A stretch of 64,000 bases of DNA from an uncultured Chryseobacterium sp. (GCF_913778085.1 NZ_CAJYXJ010000008.1); one strand, 5' to 3'. Shown: positions 52,158-61,914, numbered from the stretch's first letter. Numbers and translations: made by a program. Notes: a model not told the origin generated them from the letters alone.

Positions 52158-52172
52158 ACAAATTTTTTGCCG
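52158..52172 (-). promoter_or_regulatory. Sigma54-like promoter for the GSDH gene
   Basis: Minus strand CGGCAAAAAATTTGT (GG-N10-GT). Confidence 0.55.
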
Positions 52173-52435
52173 TAAATCATTTTTGGACAACTTTTTGCTA
52201 AGTATAACCAATCGGTTACACAAAATCAATATATTAAAGCGGTGTATGAATAATATTTAACATAATGCACATCTAAATTATATTTATTCTAAAAAAAACT
52301 GAAATTCTGAAAACACCTACAGGAAAAGACGTACAGGAGATTTTATTGAAAAAAATATGAGAGTATCCAGAATATCAGATGGAATTAAATGACAATGGCA
52401 TGAATATTATTGTAATACATGAAAAAACCTTAGAG

Positions 52436-52738
52436 ATGGAAAACTTATCAGAAAATAAAGAATTAATTAACAACTATTTAAATTTTATCATTCAGCAGCA
52501 ATTTAATTTACAGATTGATCTTACTGATGAATATACTTTCATAGACAATTTGGTTTCAAGAAAACCTATTATTGCAACGACTTTTTCAGATAAAATTTTA
52601 TCTGATCCTGAAATTAAAATGTTTCTTACATCATTAATAACGGAGATCAATACAGGAAACTGCACGATCAAGTTTATGAAGACGAAAATGAAAAATTACC
52701 CTCAATCCAACTGGAGTTCATTCAGAAGAATTGTTTAA
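52436..52738 (+). CDS. Hypothetical protein
   Basis: MENLSENKEL...; start moved to 52436; terminator aaaagtccctgca...tgcagggactttt follows. Confidence 0.75.
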   Translation: MENLSENKELINNYLNFIIQQQFNLQIDLTDEYTFIDNLVSRKPIIATTFSDKILSDPEIKMFLTSLITEINTGNCTIKFMKTKMKNYPQSNWSSFRRIV

Positions 52739-52814
52739 CGTAAAATCCGGAAAATTTATAAAATAAAAGTCCCTGCATCATCTGCAGGGACTTTTATCTT
52801 TGAGATTACCTTCT

Positions 52815-53177
52815 TCATTGCAGGTATTGCGCTACTTTATCTTCAAGGTCTTCCAGGTTGAACGGCTTCGCTACATAATCATCGGCCTGTGCCTGTTTGG
52901 CCAAAGCCACAATATCATTATTGGCCGTAACATAGATCACCGGGATGTTTTTAAATTCCTCATGATTCTTCAGGAGCCTGGTAGCCTCCACTCCGCCTAT
53001 TTTAGGGATCCAGTTGTCCATAAGGATCACATCAGGCTGATAACGGGCGACCTTCTCCAGGATATCATGGGAGGTTTCTGAAATTTCCACATGATAGCCG
53101 TTTTCTTCAAAGATGATCGTAATCACCTCAAGAATGGTTTTATCATCATCGAAGATCAGGATTTTCTTCTTACTCAT
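52815..53177 (-). CDS. Single-domain response regulator
   Basis: ILIFDDD, ILMD, VAKPF. Confidence 0.95.
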   Translation of the reverse strand: MSKKKILIFDDDKTILEVITIIFEENGYHVEISETSHDILEKVARYQPDVILMDNWIPKIGGVEATRLLKNHEEFKNIPVIYVTANNDIVALAKQAQADDYVAKPFNLEDLEDKVAQYLQ

Positions 53178-53215
53178 ACTAATTTTATATTTTTACGTAG
53201 TTAGGGATTTTATTC

Positions 53216-53788
53216 TTATAGCTGATTAATATAATTCGCTAAGTTACCTGAATTAATAATTAAATCATAATCAATTTCTTCCACCGCATGTTTCGGCATA
53301 TAATCCACTTCTGCGGTTTCCGGATCCTGGATCCAGACTTTTCCTCTGTTTTTTTTGATGTATGAAAGGCCTTCCACTCCATCTGCATTAGCCCCCGACA
53401 ATAATATTCCAATCATGTTTTCGCCAAAAATCTCGGCAGCAGACCGGAAAGTTACGTCGATCGAGGGGCGTGAATAGTTCATTTTTTCCGAGCTGTCCAG
53501 GGACATTGTCTTTTTATCTTCAAAAAGCAGATGATAGTCGGCTGGCGCAATGTATATTTTATTGTTCCGGATATCCGTCTTGTCTTCAATTTCGATTACT
53601 TCCACGGCAGAAAACTGCTGAAGCAAGGTCTGTAAAATATTTGTGGTCTGAGCCTTCCTGTGCACGACAAGCAAAATCGGAAAGCGAAGATCTTCGTCCA
53701 GCTTCTTTATCATTTCAATAATAACCTGCAAGCTTCCCGCAGAGCCGCCAATAACAATTAATTCGGTTTTTGTACTGTTCATTTGCAT
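53216..53788 (-). CDS. cheB: CheB methylesterase, catalytic domain only
   Basis: GGSAG (Ser), VVH (His), GANADG (Asp); RPSIDV; no REC domain. Confidence 0.93.
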   Translation of the reverse strand: MQMNSTKTELIVIGGSAGSLQVIIEMIKKLDEDLRFPILLVVHRKAQTTNILQTLLQQFSAVEVIEIEDKTDIRNNKIYIAPADYHLLFEDKKTMSLDSSEKMNYSRPSIDVTFRSAAEIFGENMIGILLSGANADGVEGLSYIKKNRGKVWIQDPETAEVDYMPKHAVEEIDYDLIINSGNLANYINQL

Positions 53789-53800
53789 GGTTTAAAAGCT

Positions 53801-54631
53801 TTAGTGATGATCTATTTTTTTCCAGATTTTCTGATCGCCAACCTGATGATAATTTTTATCTAATTTAGAAAATCTTATTGTTTCTTTTGCCCCCAATGCC
53901 AAAAAGCCTAAATTTTCCAGGCTGTTATCGAACAACCGGAATACCCTTTCCTGCAGACTGCGGTCGAAATAGATCAGCACATTCCGGCAAATAATCAGTT
54001 GAAAGCTGTTGAAAGAGCTGTCCGAAACAAGGTTATGGGTCGACAGAATCAGCTTCTCCTGAAGGCTTTTATCGAATTTCACACTGTCGTAATTGGCTGT
54101 GTAATAATCTGAAAAATCTTTCTTTCCACCGGATTGGATATAGTTCTCGGAGTAAAGTTTCATTTGCTGCAGCGGAAAAACCCCGGCCCTGGCGGTTTCC
54201 AAAACCGATGGGTTAAGATCAGTCCCATAGATCAGAGATTTGTGGTAGAGATTGGCTTCCTTAAGCAAAATCGCCATGGAATAGGCTTCTTCCCCTGTTG
54301 AGCATCCGGCCACCCAGATCCTGATCAGCGGATAAGTACCCAGCTGCGGCAAAATTTTTTCCCGTATGGCTTTAAAAAACTGCGGATCCCGGAACATTTC
54401 GGTAACATTCACCGTTATTTCTTCAATAAACCGTTTCAGGTATTCAGGATCGTTGAGAATGGTATATCGCAATTCTGCGAAGCTGGTAAACCGGTCAATC
54501 AGGCATATACGGTTCACGCGACGCTTGAATGAAGCGCGGCTGTATTCCGAAAAATCGTACCCGTACATATCGTAGACATCCTTGATCAGAAACTCTACTT
54601 CTGCATCTTTTATAATACTTGGTTCCAGCAT
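53801..54631 (-). CDS. cheR: CheR protein-glutamate O-methyltransferase
   Basis: TEMFRD, IWVAGCSTGEEAYS, HNL, CRNVLIYF. Confidence 0.95.
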   Translation of the reverse strand: MLEPSIIKDAEVEFLIKDVYDMYGYDFSEYSRASFKRRVNRICLIDRFTSFAELRYTILNDPEYLKRFIEEITVNVTEMFRDPQFFKAIREKILPQLGTYPLIRIWVAGCSTGEEAYSMAILLKEANLYHKSLIYGTDLNPSVLETARAGVFPLQQMKLYSENYIQSGGKKDFSDYYTANYDSVKFDKSLQEKLILSTHNLVSDSSFNSFQLIICRNVLIYFDRSLQERVFRLFDNSLENLGFLALGAKETIRFSKLDKNYHQVGDQKIWKKIDHH

Positions 54632-54997
54632 TTATGTAAGCTTTTCAATAGCTGTTATCAGTTTATCCACATCAATCGGCTTGGATATATAATCATGTGC
54701 TCCGGCATCCAGACATTTTTGTCGGTCTTCCGGCATGGCCTGGGCCGTAACCGCAATAATAGGAATATGCTTTACAGATGGTATTTCTTTAATGATTTTT
54801 ATAGCCTGGTATCCATCCATTTCGGGCATCATCATATCCATCAGCACTGCCTGGAAATTGTTGTCATTCTCTAAAACCGATATGGCCTCCTGAGCCATGG
54901 TGCAGCTTTCAGTCTGATAGCCCCGAGCTTTCAGCGTGAGTTTGAGGGCAAATATGTTACGCGGATCATCGTCCACAATGAGAATTTTCTTATTCAT
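54632..54997 (-). CDS. Single-domain response regulator
   Basis: ILIVDDD, LMDMMMP, TA, YISKP. Confidence 0.95.
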   Translation of the reverse strand: MNKKILIVDDDPRNIFALKLTLKARGYQTESCTMAQEAISVLENDNNFQAVLMDMMMPEMDGYQAIKIIKEIPSVKHIPIIAVTAQAMPEDRQKCLDAGAHDYISKPIDVDKLITAIEKLT

Positions 54998-55012
54998 CAG
55001 AATTCTGGCTGT

Positions 55013-58000
55013 TTAACTTTCATATAACCAAACACGAAGCAGGGAGAGAAGCTGATCGATGTCCACCGGTTTCGATATATAATCCGAAGCTCCCGCGGTG
55101 ATACATTTTTCGCGCTCCCCGATCATTGATTTTGCAGTAATGGCAATAATAGGAAGCCGTGCAAATTTCGGCATTTTTCTAATCTCTTTTATGGTTTCGT
55201 ATCCGTCCAGCTCAGGCATCATCATGTCCATCAGGATCACATCGACGTCCGGATTTTCTTTAATCTGCTGTAGGGCATGCTTCCCATCCATTGCGACCAC
55301 AGCTTCTACTTTGTATTTCTCCAAAGCTTTCGTTAAAGAGAAAATGTTTCGTACATCATCATCGGTAATCAGGATCTTTTTGCCGCTCAGCACTTCTGTT
55401 AAGGAACCTAAAGCCTTGTTTCTTACCGTCTCTATGGAATTGTTCTTTTCCTCCACCAGATGTAAGAACAGGCCTACCTCATCCAGGATTCTTTGATAAG
55501 AATGTGCTGTTTTCACCACAATAGAATCGGCATACTGCTTTATTTTCAGTTCTTCAGATTTGGACAGATTCCTTTCGGTGAAAATAATAATCGGCAGATT
55601 TTCCAGTCCGTCGTAGCTTTTGATGGATTCTACAATCTGGTATTCATTTCCTTTTGATGATCCGATATCTAAGATGACACAGTCTACACGATCGGAAGTA
55701 AGAGCTTTTACACTGTCTTCCACGTTATTTTCCACAGAGAGCGAAATATTGAAATTGCTCAAGAAATAAGACAACGCACTGGCATGTTTGGCGTTTTCTT
55801 CAACGATTAAAACTTTCTGCGGTCCTTTTTTCAGGGCTTCTTCAATTTTTTTGAACACTTCGGTCATCTGATCCAAAGCTACCGGCTTGCTGATAAAATC
55901 AATAGCCCCCTTCATTAAGCTTTCTTTTTTTACATGCAATGAAGACATCATATGAACGGGTATATTCCTGGTATCTGCATTTGATTTTAAATCATCCATC
56001 ACCTGCCATCCGTCTTTTACGGGAAGCTGAATATCCAGAAGGATTGCATGAGGCTTATACTGCAGAGCTGCGGCAAGACCACGGTCTCCTCTTACTTCAA
56101 TAACCGCTTTGTAATTCTGCAAACGGGCATATTTCAGCAGGGCTTTGGCAAAATTCGTATCATCTTCAATGATGAGGATTACTTTATCGTCTTTTTTTAT
56201 CCCATTACGGTCATCATCTACATTTTCCGGAATGGCCAGGGTATTGACTTCTTTTTTTACTTCTTCTTCCCCCTCATCCAGAATGTGCTGAATTTCCTCT
56301 ACATCTTCCCGGATGGTTTTTACCAGGCTCTGTTCATTTTCAGCCGGTTTTATTTCTGCAGCTTCTTTTACAGGGATGATCAGGCTGAATTCACTTCCTT
56401 CATCTACCTTACTCTTCAATACCAATTCTCCTCCAAGCAATCTCGCGATTTCACGGCTGATGGATAATCCGAGGCCTGTTCCTCCAAATTTTCTTTTGGT
56501 AGATCCGTCTGCCTGCTGAAAGGCTTCAAAAATAATTTTCTGCTTATCTTCCGCGATACCGATTCCCGTATCTTTTACGGAAAAAACAATAAAGTCTTTC
56601 TTTACGGGATCTTTTTTAATATTCAAATCGATGCTTCCTATTTTGGTAAATTTAAGGGCATTCGACAATAAGTTTCTTAAAACCTGATCTACTCTTAAAC
56701 GATCGGTCTGAATATTTTTCTGAACATCCGCTTCAATATCGATATTAAACTGAAGTTTTTTCTCCTGAAATACCGGATTGAATAGGTTTTTCAGGTCTTT
56801 CACCACATCATCAATAACAACATCCTGATATTCGAGGGTCATTTTTCCGGATTCGATTTTGGCAAGATCAAGAATTTCATCAATCAGGGTTAAAAGGCTA
56901 CTTCCGGAGCTCTGGATTACTTTTGCCGATTCGATCTGGTCTTCATTCAGATTTTCGTCCGGGTTTTCTGCCATCAGCCTTGAAAGGAGAAGAATAGAGT
57001 TTAGTGGCGTTCTCAACTCATGGGACATATTGGCCAGAAATTCCGATTTGTATTTGGTGCTTAAGGCCAGTTCCTCTACTTTTTTCTGAATTTCGTTATT
57101 GCGTTCGGCAATCAGGTGGTTTTTTTCCTCCAGCAGCCTGGATCGCTCTTCAAGCTCGGCATTGGCCTGCATCAGCTCTTCCTGCTGTACTTTCAGCTCT
57201 TCTTCGGATGCCTGCAGTTTCTGCGTCTGTGCTTCGAGCTCCGTATTTAAGTTTTCGAGCTCGGAATGCTGTACCTGCAGCTCTTCGGATTGCGCCTGGG
57301 TCTCTTCCAGCAACTGCTGTTCTTTCTCACGGCCTTTGGCTGCGCTCAGTGCAATTCCGATATTCCTGCTGCATTCCACAAAATAATCGATTCTGTCCTG
57401 TTCATAATTTGAAGTTGAACCAAGTTCCATAATTCCGATCACACTGCCGTCGGCAACAATCGGGATCAGCATAATCCCGTAAATCTGGATTGTACTGCTG
57501 GCAAATGTTACTACAAAATCATCTTCATGCAGGTTGTTGTAAACCTGTGTTTTTTCACTGACAAAAGTCTGGCCCACCATTCCTTCTCCGGGTTCAAAAA
57601 CTTTTTTCATATTATTCTCGAGTCCGAATGCCGTGATCAGCCTCAACAGGCCGTCATCATACATGTAAATGGAACCGTTGATGCATTTTCCATATTCGAT
57701 CAGCTGGTGCAACGCGGAGGTTGCCACTTCTTTTACTGTTTTATTTCCTACGAGCGATTCATTTAAAATCGCAAGCCCCTTCTGACGCCAGTCACTTTTA
57801 TTAATGGTATCAAAAGAAAGCTTCAGTGATTCCGTCATATGGTTTAAGGATTCCACAAGATCCCCCAGGTCATCTTCTGCCGTATCTACCACTTTCTGGC
57901 TGTAATCCCCATTGGCTACGCGGTTGGCAATCTTTTGGATGGCACTTACCCTCCTGGATATTTCCAGGTCTTTAGCCCTCAGCATTTTTTCCAGTTTTTC

Positions 58001-58624
58001 CCTTCGGATAAGGTCAGACCTCAGTTTAAGGTAGAATACGGTGGTTACAATAATGGCGGCAATGGCAGAAAATATAATGAACATCACCGTAGTATTCGAT
58101 GAACGGTTAAGATCTCTGTTTTTAATGGCCAGCTGATTTTCTTCATATTGTGAAAATTCCTTCACGATTTGTCTGCTTCTGTCCATATAGGCCTTACTTT
58201 CCTGGATCTGCTGCTTCGTCATCAACATTCCTTTCCTTCGGTTTTGCACAAACAGTTTAAGACTGGCCAGGTTATGCTTTACATTCTGCTCCAGCTCGTC
58301 CAGAAGTTTTTTCTGATGCGGATCCGTAATTTCCAGGCTTCTGGCATACTGAAAGGTTTTGGAATAGTCCGCAAGGCTGCGGTTGAAGGGTTCGAGGAAA
58401 CTTTCCTGACCCGTAAGCTGATAACCTCTGTTACCGGTTTCGGCATCCAGAAGGGATAGCATTACATCTTTTACAGCAGTTACCGCCCTTCGGCTTTTCC
58501 CCACACTTTCACGGTGGTTCATCTGGTTCTGAATGCTGAAATAAGAAGCTACCGAACTCGCCATTAAAATAATAAGGGAAAACCCTACTCCAAACTGAAG
58601 ATTTCGTATAATTTTTTTTGGCAT
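55013..58624 (-). CDS. Hybrid histidine kinase: CHASE3-HAMP-GAF-coiled coil-HisKA-HATPase-3xREC
   Basis: DAETGNRGY, FLANMSHELRTPLN, NLLSNALKF, GGTGLGL, three REC domains. Confidence 0.93.
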   Translation of the reverse strand: MPKKIIRNLQFGVGFSLIILMASSVASYFSIQNQMNHRESVGKSRRAVTAVKDVMLSLLDAETGNRGYQLTGQESFLEPFNRSLADYSKTFQYARSLEITDPHQKKLLDELEQNVKHNLASLKLFVQNRRKGMLMTKQQIQESKAYMDRSRQIVKEFSQYEENQLAIKNRDLNRSSNTTVMFIIFSAIAAIIVTTVFYLKLRSDLIRREKLEKMLRAKDLEISRRVSAIQKIANRVANGDYSQKVVDTAEDDLGDLVESLNHMTESLKLSFDTINKSDWRQKGLAILNESLVGNKTVKEVATSALHQLIEYGKCINGSIYMYDDGLLRLITAFGLENNMKKVFEPGEGMVGQTFVSEKTQVYNNLHEDDFVVTFASSTIQIYGIMLIPIVADGSVIGIMELGSTSNYEQDRIDYFVECSRNIGIALSAAKGREKEQQLLEETQAQSEELQVQHSELENLNTELEAQTQKLQASEEELKVQQEELMQANAELEERSRLLEEKNHLIAERNNEIQKKVEELALSTKYKSEFLANMSHELRTPLNSILLLSRLMAENPDENLNEDQIESAKVIQSSGSSLLTLIDEILDLAKIESGKMTLEYQDVVIDDVVKDLKNLFNPVFQEKKLQFNIDIEADVQKNIQTDRLRVDQVLRNLLSNALKFTKIGSIDLNIKKDPVKKDFIVFSVKDTGIGIAEDKQKIIFEAFQQADGSTKRKFGGTGLGLSISREIARLLGGELVLKSKVDEGSEFSLIIPVKEAAEIKPAENEQSLVKTIREDVEEIQHILDEGEEEVKKEVNTLAIPENVDDDRNGIKKDDKVILIIEDDTNFAKALLKYARLQNYKAVIEVRGDRGLAAALQYKPHAILLDIQLPVKDGWQVMDDLKSNADTRNIPVHMMSSLHVKKESLMKGAIDFISKPVALDQMTEVFKKIEEALKKGPQKVLIVEENAKHASALSYFLSNFNISLSVENNVEDSVKALTSDRVDCVILDIGSSKGNEYQIVESIKSYDGLENLPIIIFTERNLSKSEELKIKQYADSIVVKTAHSYQRILDEVGLFLHLVEEKNNSIETVRNKALGSLTEVLSGKKILITDDDVRNIFSLTKALEKYKVEAVVAMDGKHALQQIKENPDVDVILMDMMMPELDGYETIKEIRKMPKFARLPIIAITAKSMIGEREKCITAGASDYISKPVDIDQLLSLLRVWLYES

Positions 58625-58629
58625 GAAAA

Positions 58630-60120
58630 CTAATTTAATGGTAAAGTAAAATAGAATGTGGAACCTTCATCAACTTTGCTGGAAACTCCGATGTTGCCAT
58701 GGTGCTGCTTGATGATCTCGGAGCAGATGAAAAGCCCGATACCCATTCCCTGGAACTGGAGCGAAGATTCTTCGACACGGTAAAATTTATGAAAAACAGC
58801 TTCCTGCTTATAATCCGGAATCCCGATTCCGAAATCGGTAACGTTTACTTTTACTTCCTGTTCTTCTTCATCCAGAAAGGTTGTGACAATTACCTGGTTG
58901 TTATTCGGAGAATATTTTATGGCGTTGGTAAGGAAATTAATTAAAACCTGCTCAATGCGGATCGCATCAATAGGGATTAAAATATCCGGCAGAATGCCGT
59001 CGCGTTTTATTTTTACTCTGTTTTCATCATGGGTCTGAAGAATCGTATCGATGGCATTGTTGATAACACTCGCAAGATTGGTAGGTTTCCTGGTGATTTT
59101 CAGCTTACCGTTCTCAATTTTGGAAACATCAAGAAGATCGGTGATCAGGGTATTAAGCTTTTCGATCTGGTCCTGGACTTTAGCAACAAATCCGGCCTCG
59201 GTACTTTCTTTATTCAATTTCAGTTTTCTTTCGAGAAGCTGAACATAAGCTTTAATGCTCGTTAAAGGCGTTTTAAGTTCATGGCTGGCGATACTCAGGA
59301 ACTCATCTTTTTCCTTTTCCACTTTTTTCTGATCATCAATATCAGTAAAGGTTCCCACCCAGTTTTTGATGTTGTTTTCCTCATGCACAGGCGTGACGCG
59401 AAGAAGATGATACCGGTAATTTCCTGTCTCTCTGTTCTTAATCCTGACTTCCATTTCTAAGGCTTTGCCTTTTTTCCTGCACCGTTCCAGCTCTTCGCGA
59501 ATTTTGAAATCATCAGGATGTGTTTCAGGGAAATGTTTATCAGACTCCGAGTATTCATACCACTTTACGTTGACGAAATCGACAATTCCATTTTCATTCA
59601 GCGTAAAGGCAATCTGCGGTAGAGATTCCAGCATCAGGTGAAAGTGGTCAATCTGTGATTTCATGGTCACCTGCGATTCCCTTCTACCTTTTACTTCAAG
59701 CTCCAGGCTCTGCTGCGTCTTTTTCATCGCAATGTTCTGTTCCTGCAGATTATAAAAGGTTTTTACTTTAAGGAGAAGAATCTCAGGATCCACCGGCTTG
59801 GTTACATAATCTTTTCCACCAGAGGCATAACCTCTGGTGATAAATTTTTTTTCAGTATTTACTGCCGACAGGAATATAATCGGCACTTCTTTTGTTTTGC
59901 TGTATCCGGCCAGCGTTTCGGCAACTTCAAAACCATCCATGTCAGGCATCTGTACATCCAGGATGATCAGGGCATAATCATTTTTAAGGGCTTTGCCCAG
60001 AGCCTGCTCACCTGAATCCGCTGTGTCTACCTGAAAATCTTTGGACTCAAGCAATTTTTTAAGTGAATAAAGATTACTTTGGTTGTCATCAACAATTAAG
60101 ATCATAGAAACTAAAATCAA
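58630..60120 (-). CDS. REC-PAS histidine kinase
   Basis: LIVDD...DVQMP; PAS-like segment; SHELKTPL, GMGIGL; start may be 60105. Confidence 0.93.
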   Translation of the reverse strand: MILVSMILIVDDNQSNLYSLKKLLESKDFQVDTADSGEQALGKALKNDYALIILDVQMPDMDGFEVAETLAGYSKTKEVPIIFLSAVNTEKKFITRGYASGGKDYVTKPVDPEILLLKVKTFYNLQEQNIAMKKTQQSLELEVKGRRESQVTMKSQIDHFHLMLESLPQIAFTLNENGIVDFVNVKWYEYSESDKHFPETHPDDFKIREELERCRKKGKALEMEVRIKNRETGNYRYHLLRVTPVHEENNIKNWVGTFTDIDDQKKVEKEKDEFLSIASHELKTPLTSIKAYVQLLERKLKLNKESTEAGFVAKVQDQIEKLNTLITDLLDVSKIENGKLKITRKPTNLASVINNAIDTILQTHDENRVKIKRDGILPDILIPIDAIRIEQVLINFLTNAIKYSPNNNQVIVTTFLDEEEQEVKVNVTDFGIGIPDYKQEAVFHKFYRVEESSLQFQGMGIGLFICSEIIKQHHGNIGVSSKVDEGSTFYFTLPLN

Positions 60121-60191
60121 TAATTAATTATTTTTAGAAGAGTTTCAAAAATACCCGTGATATTTGAGAAAAAGTCATTCTGTATCTTGCA

Positions 60192-60206
60192 TCAATACAT
60201 GTACCA
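60192..60206 (-). promoter_or_regulatory. Sigma54-like promoter for the kinase/CheR/CheB cluster
   Basis: Minus strand TGGTACATGTATTGA (GG-N10-GA). Confidence 0.5.
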
Positions 60207-60355
60207 GAGTGTTAATATTTATAAAGTTTTATTAAAAAAAAGTCGTTAAAAAAAGTGGAGATATTTCTAATTACAGTATTTCAGCACATTAAGTTTAAAA
60301 AATTAACCTAACATTGTATTTTTAATTAAAATTTTTCTTTTTAAAAAATTATTCA

Positions 60356-60370
60356 CGGCACAGTGTTTGA
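60356..60370 (+). promoter_or_regulatory. Sigma54-like promoter
   Basis: CGGCACAGTGTTTGA (GG-N10-GA). Confidence 0.6.
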
Positions 60371-60381
60371 ATACAAATGGA

Positions 60382-60447
60382 TAACACTTTTTCACTTAAA
60401 TATATTTTTCAAATTTAACCCCTGTTTATGCAGGGGTTTACTTTTTT
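60382..60447 (+). ncRNA. Candidate U-rich sRNA
   Basis: Between the sigma54-like motif and terminator aacccctg-tttatg-caggggtt-tactttttt; no ORF. Confidence 0.5.
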
Positions 60448-60466
60448 GTTTATATATTTGCAGCGA

Positions 60467-60540
60467 ATTTCTCATGTTTAATTTGAGTTTTCATGGTTAT
60501 TAGTTTTTAATCCCCGTCGCAAGCCGGGGATTTTTTTATT
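60467..60540 (+). ncRNA. Candidate sRNA, copy 2 (anti-translation-start sequence)
   Basis: TATATTTG at 60453-60460; 41 bp identical to 21855-21895; terminator aatccccg-tcgcaagc-cggggatt followed by a T run. Confidence 0.7.
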
Positions 60541-60690
60541 TTATGAATGAAGAATTTTCTAAATTTCCTGATATTTCTGTATTGCTTCCAGGTGAATTTT
60601 ATTCATTAAAATATAAATTTCATTTAAAATCATACCGGGTATGGCACAACTTGTGATATAGCAGAGGTACACCATTAATATCATAACACT

Positions 60691-61122
60691 ATGTCGATAA
60701 AAATACAAGTCGCTGTCTGCACAAAATGCAAAGGCTATTTTTCAGCTGCACCTCTAGAACAAAAAAATGCAAATCATCCGGATATTATCGATCATTTTTT
60801 CTATCATGGTGAACCTTGGTTTACTTTAGAATGCAAAACTTTCGAGAAATCAAGAAATATGGAAGATACGAAGGTTGTTATTACTGATCTCGAAGAACAT
60901 ACTAAGAACGATCATAATTACTGTCATTGTAAAAAGAAAGAGGTTTCCGCCCGATTACAGTACTCTTATGAATCTTCTCAACTTGAGAAATATGTCCCTT
61001 ATCTGGAAAAGAATGAGATGGAAACGGAAATTTATTTCAAAGATCTTTACTATACCTATAATAATTTTCATGGTATCGCTGCATCGGGCCACCAGAGGAG
61101 TTCAGGTACGAAATTCCGCTGA
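60691..61122 (+). CDS. Hypothetical Cys/His-containing protein
   Basis: 143 aa; CTKC and HNYCHC; 12 nt before xth. Confidence 0.7.
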   Translation: MSIKIQVAVCTKCKGYFSAAPLEQKNANHPDIIDHFFYHGEPWFTLECKTFEKSRNMEDTKVVITDLEEHTKNDHNYCHCKKKEVSARLQYSYESSQLEKYVPYLEKNEMETEIYFKDLYYTYNNFHGIAASGHQRSSGTKFR

Positions 61123-61134
61123 AATTAAGATGCT

Positions 61135-61914
61135 ATGAAAATTGCTACATACAACGTCAATGGCGTAAACGGTCGGCTTCCTGTCCTCATAAGATGGTTA
61201 CAGGAAGCCGATCCTCATATTGTATGTCTGCAGGAACTTAAAGCACCACAGGAAAAATTTCCCGAAGAGGCTATTCTTGATGTCGGGTATCATGCTATCT
61301 GGAAAGGGCAGAAAAGCTGGAACGGTGTAGCAATCCTTGCTAAAAAGAATCTCGAAATTACAGAAGTCCAAAGGGAATTACCTGGCGATGAAGATGATAT
61401 TCAAAGCCGATACATTGAGGCGATCATCGGCCAAATGGTTATATGCTGCTTCTATGTACCGAATGGCAATCCTTATCCAGGACTTAAATTCGAATATAGA
61501 TTGGAATGGCTCAAACGCCTTAAAAAACTTACGGACGACCTTATAAAAATGGAACTTCCGGCCGTGTTGATTGGAGATTTCAATATTATCCCTACTCCAT
61601 TTGATGTCCACAAACCTGAACGCTGGGAAGATGACGCTTTGTTCCGACCTGAAGTCCGGAAAGCTTTTGCGAACCTAATCAAAAAAGGCTGGACCGACTC
61701 CATCCGCACTTTATTTCCCGAAGAGAAAATATATACCTTCTGGGATTACCTATACAAAGCGTATGACCGTGATGCGGGGATCCGGCTGGATCATATTCTG
61801 TTGAGTCCTTATCTGAAACCAAGACTGCAGTCAGGCGGTGTGGACAAGCATGTCCGCGGCTGGGAAAAAAGCAGCGATCACGCTCCTGTATGGATTGAGA
61901 TTAAAGATCAATAA
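61135..61914 (+). CDS. xth: Exodeoxyribonuclease III
   Basis: ATYNVNG, LQELK, NGVAIL, YVPNG, GDFN, RLDH, SDHAPV. Confidence 0.95.
   Translation: MKIATYNVNGVNGRLPVLIRWLQEADPHIVCLQELKAPQEKFPEEAILDVGYHAIWKGQKSWNGVAILAKKNLEITEVQRELPGDEDDIQSRYIEAIIGQMVICCFYVPNGNPYPGLKFEYRLEWLKRLKKLTDDLIKMELPAVLIGDFNIIPTPFDVHKPERWEDDALFRPEVRKAFANLIKKGWTDSIRTLFPEEKIYTFWDYLYKAYDRDAGIRLDHILLSPYLKPRLQSGGVDKHVRGWEKSSDHAPVWIEIKDQ

Noticed and set aside
57099-57386. Ser/Cys-rich 95-aa plus-strand ORF
   Set aside because: Antisense shadow of the kinase's GAA/CAG-rich coiled coil
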